This document shows, one piece after another, positions 34,600 to 42,884 of a DNA stretch of 64,000 bases. The stretch is taken from positions 321-64,320 of the forward strand of contig DATLAJ010000108.1 in the NCBI GenBank assembly GCA_035527515.1, read 5' to 3'. The position numbers were made by a program, and so were the translations under genes. Under the pieces are notes generated by a model. That model saw nothing but the letters and a program-made list of their open reading frames with translations, was not told where the DNA came from and did not search any database. Source of the stretch: a bacterium. GTDB lineage: Bacteria > B130-G9. Numbering within the stretch: position 1 is the stretch's first letter; each line of letters opens with the position of its first letter.

Positions 34600-37158
34600 T
34601 TACGCGGCCGGAGGCTCTCCGTCTCGGCCGCAGCACTTCTTGTATTTCTTGCCGCTGCCGCAGGGACAGGGGTCGTTGCGGCCAATCTTGCCGTGTTGCT
34701 TCTGCATTCTTACCAGCTGTTTCTTTGAGGCGCCTTCCTGCCCCTTTGGACTGACATCTGAGGTCTGGACTGGACGACGGGCGGGCCTGCGGGACGGCCG
34801 CCTTCCTGTCTCAGGAGCCATCTGAAGCGTCATAACGTAAAACACCGAGCTCCGGGCGATGCCCGACATCAACCGCTCAAATAGATCGAAACTCTCCCGC
34901 TTGTACTCGACCAACGGATCAACCTGTGCGTAGCCGCGAAGCCCAATCCCCTCGCGAATGTGGTCGATCCCAAGAAGATGGTTCTTGAAGTCCCGGTCGA
35001 TCACCCTGAGCATGATGAGCCGACACAAGACCCCCAGCTCCTCCCTTCCGATCTCCTTCTCCTTCTGTCTAAAGCCATTCCTGACGGTTTTGATCAGAAT
35101 CTCCCTGAAATCCTCATAATCGTACTTCGCCGGGTCGAGCTCCCCCGTCAGGTCTATCCCTAAAGAGCCACGCATCGCACCAACCAGCGCCCGAACATCC
35201 CACTCCTCTGGGTCCTTCTTGCGGTCAGCGTGCTTGGCCAAAATGTCATCAACTGACTCTTCGGCAAAATCCATGAACTCCTCCTCGGCCTTGCCAAGAA
35301 GGATTCGCCGCCGCAGATCATATACGATCTCACGTTGACGGTTCATGACATCGTCATACTCCAGAAGATGCTTTCTTATCTCAAAGTTCTGCGCCTCGAC
35401 CCGCTTCTGAGCTGTCTCAATCGCCCTCGTCAGCAACGGATGCTCCAGCCGCTCGCCGGGCTCAACCTTCAGCCGCAGCAACAGCGACTTGATGCGGTCT
35501 GCGCCGAATATCCTGAGGAGATCGTCCTCAAGCGACAGAAAGAACTTCGAGGAGCCCGGGTCCCCCTGACGACCAGCTCGACCACGCAGCTGATTGTCGA
35601 TGCGCCGTGCCTCGTGCCGCTCAGTCCCGAGCACGTGAAGCCCGCCAAACTCAGCCACTCCCTCGCCCAACACGATGTCCGTGCCCCGGCCCGCCATGTT
35701 CGTCGCTATCATTACCGCCCCCTTTTGGCCTGCTTCGGCAACAATCTCAGCCTCCTTCTCGTGGTGCTTCGCGTTCAGCACCGAGTGCTTGATCCCCCGC
35801 TTCTTCAACATCCGGCTCAACCGCTCCGATTTGTCCACCGAAGTCGTCCCAACAAGAACAGGCCGACCGTTCTCATGAAGCCCCTCTATCGACTCCACGA
35901 CCGCCTCGAACTTCTCCCCCTCCGTCAAATAAATCGCGTCCGGCTGACTGTCCCTGACCAGAGGCCTATTCGTAGGAATCACCACAACCTCGAGCTTGTA
36001 TATCTTGTAAAACTCCGACGCCTCAGTGTCGGCGGTCCCCGTCATCCCAGAAAGCTTTTCATACATCCGGAAATAGTTCTGGATCGTGACGCTCGCCAGA
36101 GTCTGGTTCTCGCTCTCAACGCGAACGCCCTCCTTCGCCTCCAATGCCTGATGAAGACCGTCCGAATACCGCCGGCCAGGCATGATCCGGCCCGTGAACT
36201 CGTCAACTATGATGACCTTTCCATCCTTCACCACGTAGTCAACGTCTCGCTTGAATAAAAACCGTGACTTAAGCGCCTGGTTGATATACGAAAGAAAATC
36301 CATCTTCTCCGGCGCATACAGGTTATCGATCCCAAGCTGCGTCTCTATCGACTTTATCCCTGCCTCCGTCAGCGTTATACTCCGAGCCTTCTCGTCAACC
36401 TCGAAGTCCCGGTCCTTGTGCAGACGACGAACGACCCGGTCCGCCTCGTAGTATCCTGTGGTCGATTCCTCTGATGGCCCAGAGATAATGAGCGGCGTTC
36501 GCGCCTCGTCTATCAGGATGCTGTCCACCTCATCCACGATCGCGAAGTTGTGGCCTCGCTGGACAAACTCACTCACGTCGTGCCGCATGTTGTCCCGCAG
36601 ATAGTCGAACCCAAACTCGCTGTTCGTCCCGTAAATAATGTCGGATTGGTAGGCGGCCAAACGATCCTTATACTCCATATCGTTCTGAAGCGCAGCGACC
36701 GAAAGCCCTAGCGACTCATAAACCGGGCCCATCCAGACCGCGTCCCTTCTCGCAAGGTAGTCATTCACCGTAACGATATGCACGCCCCTGTCAGTAAGTG
36801 CGTTCAGATACGCTGCGAGCGTCGCCACGAGCGTCTTGCCCTCCCCGGTCGCCATCTCCGCTATCTTGCCCTGATGAAGCACAATCCCGCCGATCATCTG
36901 CATGTCAAAATGGCGCATACTCACCGTCCGCTTCGCCGCCTCCCTGACGACGGCGAAAGCCTCCGGCAAGATGTCATCGAGCGTCTCGCCATCACCCAGC
37001 CGGCCACGAAACGCATCCGTCTTCGCCATCAGCTCACTGTCCAAAAGCTGCGAGATACCCTCCTCCAGAGAATTGATCTCGTCCAAAGCCTGGGACATCC
37101 GCTTCAGGACCCGCTCGTTCCGAGTCCCGAAAACTTTGCTTAAAATGGCGCTAAACAT
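34600..37158 (-). CDS. secA: Preprotein translocase ATPase SecA
   Basis: 852 aa. 'MATGEGKTLVATL' (Walker A), 'VDEVDSILIDEARTPLIISG', 'TNMAGRGTDI' and the C-terminal zinc finger 'CPCGSGKKYKKCCG'. Confidence 0.95.
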   Translation of the reverse strand: MFSAILSKVFGTRNERVLKRMSQALDEINSLEEGISQLLDSELMAKTDAFRGRLGDGETLDDILPEAFAVVREAAKRTVSMRHFDMQMIGGIVLHQGKIAEMATGEGKTLVATLAAYLNALTDRGVHIVTVNDYLARRDAVWMGPVYESLGLSVAALQNDMEYKDRLAAYQSDIIYGTNSEFGFDYLRDNMRHDVSEFVQRGHNFAIVDEVDSILIDEARTPLIISGPSEESTTGYYEADRVVRRLHKDRDFEVDEKARSITLTEAGIKSIETQLGIDNLYAPEKMDFLSYINQALKSRFLFKRDVDYVVKDGKVIIVDEFTGRIMPGRRYSDGLHQALEAKEGVRVESENQTLASVTIQNYFRMYEKLSGMTGTADTEASEFYKIYKLEVVVIPTNRPLVRDSQPDAIYLTEGEKFEAVVESIEGLHENGRPVLVGTTSVDKSERLSRMLKKRGIKHSVLNAKHHEKEAEIVAEAGQKGAVMIATNMAGRGTDIVLGEGVAEFGGLHVLGTERHEARRIDNQLRGRAGRQGDPGSSKFFLSLEDDLLRIFGADRIKSLLLRLKVEPGERLEHPLLTRAIETAQKRVEAQNFEIRKHLLEYDDVMNRQREIVYDLRRRILLGKAEEEFMDFAEESVDDILAKHADRKKDPEEWDVRALVGAMRGSLGIDLTGELDPAKYDYEDFREILIKTVRNGFRQKEKEIGREELGVLCRLIMLRVIDRDFKNHLLGIDHIREGIGLRGYAQVDPLVEYKRESFDLFERLMSGIARSSVFYVMTLQMAPETGRRPSRRPARRPVQTSDVSPKGQEGASKKQLVRMQKQHGKIGRNDPCPCGSGKKYKKCCGRDGEPPAA

Positions 37159-37412
37159 CCCAAAACCACCTCACTAATCCCCCACAGGGGAACGCCACTG
37201 ATAGTAACTGCGCTATTATACTATGTCCCCTCAAAAGACCAATCGCCATAATCACTGCAAAACGCATCAGTCGAGCGGTTCCCATGCTTGGACTGTAGGA
37301 TGGCCTTTTCAGCCTGACGGCGCTTGAACTTGCAGGCTCCCATGATACGCACTACTGCATATAGTGTTCAGCTGACGCTCAGTCTCTGCCGATTCTCGAG
37401 GAGAAACAGCAA

Positions 37413-37622
37413 ATGCCAAAGGAGAGCATCTCCCAAGTAAAAGAGTCACCGGAGGGCGGCTATGAGGCGTGGGCTCTCGGCCATTCGATCTTCACGGAGG
37501 CGGACAACCTGGAAAAGCTGAAAGAGAGGGTCGCGGAGGCAGTCCGCTGTCATTTCGATGACGACGAGATGCCAACCGTCATCCGGTTACATGTGATTCG
37601 CAGGGAGGTCCTGACCCCGTGA
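37413..37622 (+). CDS. HicB-like antitoxin (DUF1902 type, often mis-annotated as '2-oxoisovalerate dehydrogenase')
   Basis: 69 aa. 'PEGGYEAWALGHSIFTEADNLEKLKERVAEAVRCHFDDDEMPTVIRLHVIRREVL' matches the short HicB-like family from memory. It is followed by a hicA-like remnant with a GTGA overlap. Confidence 0.5.
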   Translation: MPKESISQVKESPEGGYEAWALGHSIFTEADNLEKLKERVAEAVRCHFDDDEMPTVIRLHVIRREVLTP

Positions 37623-37763
37623 GGCTCCCCAGGGGAGTTAGCGGGCAGGAGTTGGCGAGACTCCTGGCAAGGTTGGCTATCGGCCCAACAGATACTGACA
37701 GATATTGCAGCCCGTATCGAGATCGACAAGGCGGAACTTATCGAGCGACTTTGGGCCAGGTGA
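37619..37763 (+). pseudogene. Decayed hicA-like toxin gene (internal deletion plus frameshift)
   Basis: Frame A from the GTG at 37619 gives 'RLPRGVSGQELARLLARL', a HicA N-terminus. From about 37683 the +1 frame gives 'QQILTDIAARIEIDKAELIERLWAR*', a HicA-like C-terminus with its stop at 37761-37763. The central 'GSH' catalytic part is absent. Confidence 0.4.
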
Positions 37764-37819
37764 GTCAAGGGGCCAGCCCTGTCGTCCCAACCCTCCAGAG
37801 GCTGTCCGCCAGGCGCCTT

Positions 37820-38050
37820 TCAAGACACGCCGACTCGTTCGACCGCGAGGTTCTCGAACTGCATTAGCGGCTGGTCCCCCGCGAATCTCAGGTATTCATG
37901 CGCGGAAAGTATCTCAATCCCCACGATTCCACCCTTAGAGTCGCAGTCGATCGCAACGTCCTCACTCAGGCGCAGCGTCGTAACCTCCTGCTTGCCCTCC
38001 ACGAACCGGAGGTAAACTGCATCGACCTTAGGATCATAACTTACTCTCAT
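37820..38050 (-). CDS. DUF2283-family protein (putative antitoxin partner of DUF4258)
   Basis: 'MRVSYDPKVDAVYLRF...VAIDCDSKGGIVGIEILSA' is the typical DUF2283 pattern. Confidence 0.8.
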   Translation of the reverse strand: MRVSYDPKVDAVYLRFVEGKQEVTTLRLSEDVAIDCDSKGGIVGIEILSAHEYLRFAGDQPLMQFENLAVERVGVS

Positions 38051-38061
38051 CAGCGCCCCTC

Positions 38062-38328
38062 CTAGAAATAGAAAGCATAAACCGTAACCACGACTAATCT
38101 CTCCTTCTCCTCAACAACAATGGGAACCACTTGCTTGACCGCATAGTATTTCCCGCCCCAACGCCTGTTGAAGTCGAAGTTGAGCCTGAACGACAGTCGT
38201 CCTTTTTTTGCAGGGACTCTTTCGCCCTTATCAATAGCCTCTAGCACCTCGTTCTTGCTTATACCTCTCTCCTCTATCTGCCTTAAAGCATGATCGGACA
38301 AGACAGTTCTTTTCTCAACCATGACCAT
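38062..38328 (-). CDS. DUF4258-family protein (putative toxin)
   Basis: 'LSDHALRQIEERGISKNEVLEAIDKGE...VVVTVY' is the typical DUF4258 pattern. It lies 11 nt upstream of the DUF2283 gene. Confidence 0.8.
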   Translation of the reverse strand: MVMVEKRTVLSDHALRQIEERGISKNEVLEAIDKGERVPAKKGRLSFRLNFDFNRRWGGKYYAVKQVVPIVVEEKERLVVVTVYAFYF

Positions 38329-38620
38329 CCAATGGTTGCTCTATCCCACACCGAAGAAGACGCCTGTTCTGCCTGCAAACATAGCAGAAAGAGCCAGATT
38401 GTCCAATGCGCCAGGTCTATACCGAAAAGGCCCGAGCAACGTGGCTATGTATGTGGCTTGGTCCTATTCCCACACCCTATTATTTCGGGCGTTATGTCGT
38501 GAACCCCAAAAGCGGGCATGGCGCCCAGAATGTCTTTTATATCTAGCAGGGAGTGAACCACAGACACACGGAGCTCTCTCCTTGGTGTGTCTTCGTGTGT
38601 TTCGTGGACGGGGCGGGCGG

Positions 38621-39553
38621 CTATCTCCTGTCGAGCATGTAGTAGATGGGGTTTTGCGCTTTGCCGTTGATCCGGACCTCGTAGTGCAGGTGAGGCCCCG
38701 TGCTTCTGCCCGTGGAGCCAACCTGCGCGATGACATCGCCCCGCTCGAGCCGGTCGCCGCGCTCCCGAGTTAGCTTAGAGCAGTGGGCATACCACGTTGA
38801 GAAGCCGTTCCCATGATCGACCTCAACAGCATAGCCCCAGTCCGAATACCACCTCACTCTCGCGACTACGCCATCAGCAGTAATGCAAACAGGCGTGCCT
38901 ACCGGGCAAGCGATATCGACGCCATGATGGAATGCCTTTCGATGAGTGAATGGGTCCCGCCTGTACCCATAGCCAGACGACAGCCATCCGCCATCAATCG
39001 GCGTTATCGATGGAATCGAGGCTAGGAGTTTCTTGTGCTCATTAAGGTATGACATGAGCAGGTCCGCCCGTGCGCTCTGACGGTCCAGGTTCGCCTCGAG
39101 CATGCCCAGCTCGTCCGAGATCTCCCCCAAAAGCTCCTTCTGTTTACCATTGTAGTAGCGCGAGAAAGCGTCCGAATGCCGACCGCTGTCAGGCCCACCA
39201 ACAGCCAGCTCGCCGTCCAGACCGATCATCGTCTCGATCTGGGCAGCCTTAGTGTCAACCCTCGAGACCCGCATCTTCATCCGGTCCACATCGCCCAAAA
39301 GCTGCGCCATCTGCCGGGTAGATACACCTTCTGACCTGAGTCGAGCGACCTGCGCCTCAACCTGCGCGATCCGCTCCCTCGCAATCAGCTGCGCCCTGAC
39401 AAGCAGCCCAACGCCCGCTATGGCTGCCAACAGACAAGCCAGAACCAGTAGTATCCACCCACGCCTGAGAAGAACAGTCCGGACATGGGACCTGGCGTCC
39501 GGAATTATCATCACCGTGTAAAAGCGGCTACGCACTATCCTGCGACTCCACAC
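38621..39553 (-). CDS. M23-family peptidoglycan metalloendopeptidase with N-terminal TM helix and coiled coil
   Basis: 'FHHGVDIACPVGTPV', 'GYAVEVDHGNGFSTWYAHCS' and 'VGSTGRSTGPHLHYEVRINGKAQNP' are the LytM/M23 motifs. Confidence 0.9.
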   Translation of the reverse strand: MWSRRIVRSRFYTVMIIPDARSHVRTVLLRRGWILLVLACLLAAIAGVGLLVRAQLIARERIAQVEAQVARLRSEGVSTRQMAQLLGDVDRMKMRVSRVDTKAAQIETMIGLDGELAVGGPDSGRHSDAFSRYYNGKQKELLGEISDELGMLEANLDRQSARADLLMSYLNEHKKLLASIPSITPIDGGWLSSGYGYRRDPFTHRKAFHHGVDIACPVGTPVCITADGVVARVRWYSDWGYAVEVDHGNGFSTWYAHCSKLTRERGDRLERGDVIAQVGSTGRSTGPHLHYEVRINGKAQNPIYYMLDRR

Positions 39554-39796
39554 ACAAATAAAACATCAAGGCATCCCACCCTATTTATCACGGACAACAA
39601 GCACCCTCCTTCTGCATAAACAGCCTACACAGAGCAAAGCCAGCAGAACTCAAGTTGTTGAATATGGCGAATCGGCCAACTTAAGTCAAGGCCTCGTGCC
39701 ATTTCTAGCTATCGTTTACTCTTTTGCACAAGAATAGGCGAAATCTTGACCAAACGCGGGAGGCCGTCCGCTCGATGCATGAGGCGGACGTCAGTC

Positions 39797-40762
39797 CTAA
39801 TCGAGCTCGTAGTCCAGTAGCTCCAAAGTCCCGAGGCCATAAAAGGATGCAGAAAAACTCCCCTTGACAAGCCCAACGTCCTTGGCAAACCAAAGGTCTC
39901 CCGTGACAATATCAAACAACGTCCCAACTTGAAGGCGCCAACAATCCTCAAAATCACCTGCCAGAACGCTTACGTCCTCCTGACCCTCCACGGTAACCGT
40001 CGCCGTGATCGGCAAGCCTTCGGCAGTAAACTGAACTGTCCAATGGTCGCCCTCGTCAAGGTCAGCAGGTAGAATCAGCTGGTCATCTGAGCAGCTCGAA
40101 TCGCCATCGATAATCACGTCGCGGACGTAGATGTCGCCACCGTCGTCCAAGAAAATCAGCTCGACGTCAGTGTCGCCCTCCTGAAAAACGTGGAACTCAT
40201 AGATGTCCCCATCCGCCTGCGCATCCTCAACGACAGCGGTGCCCTGGCCACTCTCTCCACTGCCCTCGGCGAAATAGGTCCAACTGTAACCTTCCGCCAA
40301 AGGAAGATAGTCGTTTCGGCTTACTATCTCCACGCCTCCCGACTCAAACGAGAAGCTGCACTGGGCGATCTGGCTCTCAACAGTATAGGTATCCCCCGAG
40401 AGCACGGCCGCCTTCAGAATGTAGTCTGCCTCCGGGACGCCCTCCGAAAGCGAGACCGAGAACACCATCACATCGGACAAGCTGGCTCCCGCAGGGCAGT
40501 AAGCTGATATAAGAGGCGCCGCATCCGTGCTCAGACCAGGCAAAAACAATAGAACACCACCGTAGTCGATGGCCACATAAAGCTGCGCATTGAAGCCATC
40601 GCCCAAATTCTCCAGCGACACATAGACTTCAAAAGTATCCCCAGCGTGATAGACCTCCTGATTCGTGTCTATCGCGAGGTCAACGTGTTCTGCAAACAGA
40701 GCCTGCGCCGACGACAGCAGGACAATCGCGAAGAGAACTGCCAATAACCTAAGCCTACTCAT
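39797..40762 (-). CDS. Secreted hypothetical protein with N-terminal Ig-like 'GDT' module
   Basis: The ATG at 40762 is preceded by GGAGGGTGAGG. Signal peptide 'MSRLRLLAVLFAIVLLSSAQALFA'. No enzyme motif recognised. Confidence 0.6.
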   Translation of the reverse strand: MSRLRLLAVLFAIVLLSSAQALFAEHVDLAIDTNQEVYHAGDTFEVYVSLENLGDGFNAQLYVAIDYGGVLLFLPGLSTDAAPLISAYCPAGASLSDVMVFSVSLSEGVPEADYILKAAVLSGDTYTVESQIAQCSFSFESGGVEIVSRNDYLPLAEGYSWTYFAEGSGESGQGTAVVEDAQADGDIYEFHVFQEGDTDVELIFLDDGGDIYVRDVIIDGDSSCSDDQLILPADLDEGDHWTVQFTAEGLPITATVTVEGQEDVSVLAGDFEDCWRLQVGTLFDIVTGDLWFAKDVGLVKGSFSASFYGLGTLELLDYELD

Positions 40763-40907
40763 TGCCTCACCCTCCAAAGAAAACGATCAATGCTCAAACA
40801 TGACGATCATCTATGGTTCATCATCCATAGAGTTTTAATCAGCCCCGCACATTTGTCAAGCTCGGCTCCCGCCAAGAGATGAATACGGAGCAAAAGCCAG
40901 AACTACT

Positions 40908-42218
40908 TCAAAGCGCATTCTTGCCCTGAGGCAGAAACTCCGCCTCAATGCGCTGAAGAAGCAGCTTAGCTGCAAGGGCGTTCCCATTCGCGTTCCAGTG
41001 CATATCGAACCTGAAGTGCAAGCACTGGCCCTTCGCGGCGAGGCGCCGTGCCTCGCTCCGAAACACGTCAGTCGGCTTCATGCAGGGGATAGAGAGTTTC
41101 TCACAGATGGATTTCACCCTCTTGCCTGGCTCGTCGAGGTCAAAGAGCTCATCCGTAAGACCATAATTGCGCTTGGTCCCCTCAATCCCGTCTTCTTCCA
41201 CGCTCCCCTTGTCAGGGATATAGAAAACCAGCAGTCGGCCCCCGTTCGCCTCGACCGATCTTCTGAGCCTCGCCAGGATAAGTTCGGTTACTTGCCAGGC
41301 GTATTGAATCTCTGACGGTGGGCTCTTATACCACACCTTGTAAACGTCTGGCAGAGGCGCGGCCGGGGCGCTCTCGTCCAGGACGAGCAGGCCGCTCGCC
41401 GCCGGCCCGCTGGACTTTCCCAAGCCGTGGGAGAGCCCGAGCCAGACCGCGGCCCTGTTGAGCCACGAACTGCCTTTGATCCGCGACCTCACGAAGGAAT
41501 AGATACGAGAGTGCTCATTGAGCCATTCCTTGACCGACGCGACCGAAAGCTGCTGGCGAGGCATTTGCGGGCCAGTCTCTTCTGGAAACACGTCCGCCCG
41601 TGGAACAGGCGAGTTCGTAAGCACCAGCTTCTCGTCCTCGAGCTTGAATAGCGGCTTCGGCTTCGGAGGGTATTGATCTCGCGTGTTGAACCAAACATCG
41701 TTCAAGCAGAAAAGAAGCACCACGAGGTCCGGATGATACTTGTGGCCCTCGGTCTCGTAAAACAAAAGCTCCTGGTCTGTGCTGTAGGCCGCGGTACCGC
41801 CGTTGATCACGCGATACTTCCGGCCATCGTTTCTTCCGTTCAGAGCATCCTGAAGCAGGTTTGTGAAAAGGTCCTTAAGCTCAACCGCATAGCCCTCGGA
41901 GAACGAGTCCCCGAGGCAGAGGATTCGGTATTCGTTCTCAGGCTTCTCATACGGACATTCCGGCCCCCTTAGCCCCTTAGAGTTGATCTTCTTGTAAACC
42001 GTGTATTCAGGGCAAACAAACCAACCCTCTTTGCCAGGAATCTTGCTCCATCCCACCTGGGGATTATATTGATAAAACTGCGTTCCCGTCGGCGGAACAG
42101 TCGGACCCGATACAATATGCAGAACTCCCTCTGCAAGCGACAGCGCCACAACGAGGGCCGCCATTGCCAGCAACAGATTGACCGCTGTGCGCCTCATAGG
42201 GCCAAGATACTTGCTCAT
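40908..42218 (-). CDS. SGNH/GDSL-family hydrolase (N-terminal TM anchor)
   Basis: Block I 'ILCLGDSFSEGY', block III 'VLLFCLNDVW', block V 'RFDMHWNANGNALAA' (DxxH). Confidence 0.7.
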   Translation of the reverse strand: MSKYLGPMRRTAVNLLLAMAALVVALSLAEGVLHIVSGPTVPPTGTQFYQYNPQVGWSKIPGKEGWFVCPEYTVYKKINSKGLRGPECPYEKPENEYRILCLGDSFSEGYAVELKDLFTNLLQDALNGRNDGRKYRVINGGTAAYSTDQELLFYETEGHKYHPDLVVLLFCLNDVWFNTRDQYPPKPKPLFKLEDEKLVLTNSPVPRADVFPEETGPQMPRQQLSVASVKEWLNEHSRIYSFVRSRIKGSSWLNRAAVWLGLSHGLGKSSGPAASGLLVLDESAPAAPLPDVYKVWYKSPPSEIQYAWQVTELILARLRRSVEANGGRLLVFYIPDKGSVEEDGIEGTKRNYGLTDELFDLDEPGKRVKSICEKLSIPCMKPTDVFRSEARRLAAKGQCLHFRFDMHWNANGNALAAKLLLQRIEAEFLPQGKNAL

Positions 42219-42362
42219 CGCTTCACCTGCCTCGCAAACAATGAATTGAGTGAGACTGCCATGACAACAGGCTATTCAGCTCCAATTCTCAAGTCAAGCG
42301 CCTGAAAGGAGGAGTTCTCGTAATCGTGCCCGGGCCTGCCCAACTGACGGCGTTCTTCCCGC

Positions 42363-42585
42363 ATCCCCGCAAGGGGATTAAGTTGAGTAGCCGTAGGCGC
42401 CGGCCGCAGGCCCAGCCTACGGACAGGTGGCCCCAAACCTCCTGAAAGGCGACCTCAACGGGGTCGAACGATGTCGTTGCTCTGTCCATTTGTTCGACCC
42501 CGTTGGGGTCGCCAAGACGGATTTGGGCACGCCCGTAACCCCACGTTGCACGTGGGGCTACTCACATTCAGCCCCGTTGGGGCTG
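42363..42585. repeat. Array of short GC-rich hairpins (REP-like) in a divergent intergenic region
   Basis: Perfect stems: ATCCCC-GCAA-GGGGAT (42363-42378), CCGTAGGC-N16-GCCTACGG (42391-42422), CGACCCC-GTT-GGGGTCG (42495-42511), CCCCACG-TTGCA-CGTGGGG (42539-42557), CAGCCCC-GTT-GGGGCTG (42569-42585). There is also a degenerate copy at 42450-42466. Confidence 0.6.
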
Positions 42586-42884
42586 GCGGCGTCCAGCTCG
42601 CCGATTCCAGTTCTCGCACACCCAAATCACCGCCTTGCGGCCTGCAACCCAACACTCCTCTCCCCAAAAATGCGAAAACTCCTGCCTGAAAGAGCGCTCC
42701 CAAGAGCTCGGCGCCCAATCAGTTGAAACGGCTCGCCTCGTCAAGTAGGATGATGATTGTTTCTAGTCTCGCCGGACATAGGCGGTGGGCGCTGGAGTTG
42801 ACCTAAAAAGCTTCGTAAAGCATGGATCAGAATGGAGAGCCTTCACATCCGGCAAGTAGTAGCCACAATAAGGAGGTCGCTTAC

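Noticed and set aside
35335-36258. 307-aa ORF on the plus strand inside secA, plus similar long antisense ORFs (e.g. 14731-15432, 43023-43697, 58124-58771, 61280-61999, 47642-48163).
   Set aside because: They lie fully inside well-supported genes on the opposite strand. They are Arg/Pro/Leu-rich with low-complexity composition typical of GC-rich shadow frames, and they lack RBSs or recognisable motifs.
42363-42585. The hairpin array as a degenerate CRISPR array.
   Set aside because: The stems differ in sequence and length, their spacing is irregular, there are no identical direct repeats of 24 nt or more, and no cas genes are in the window.
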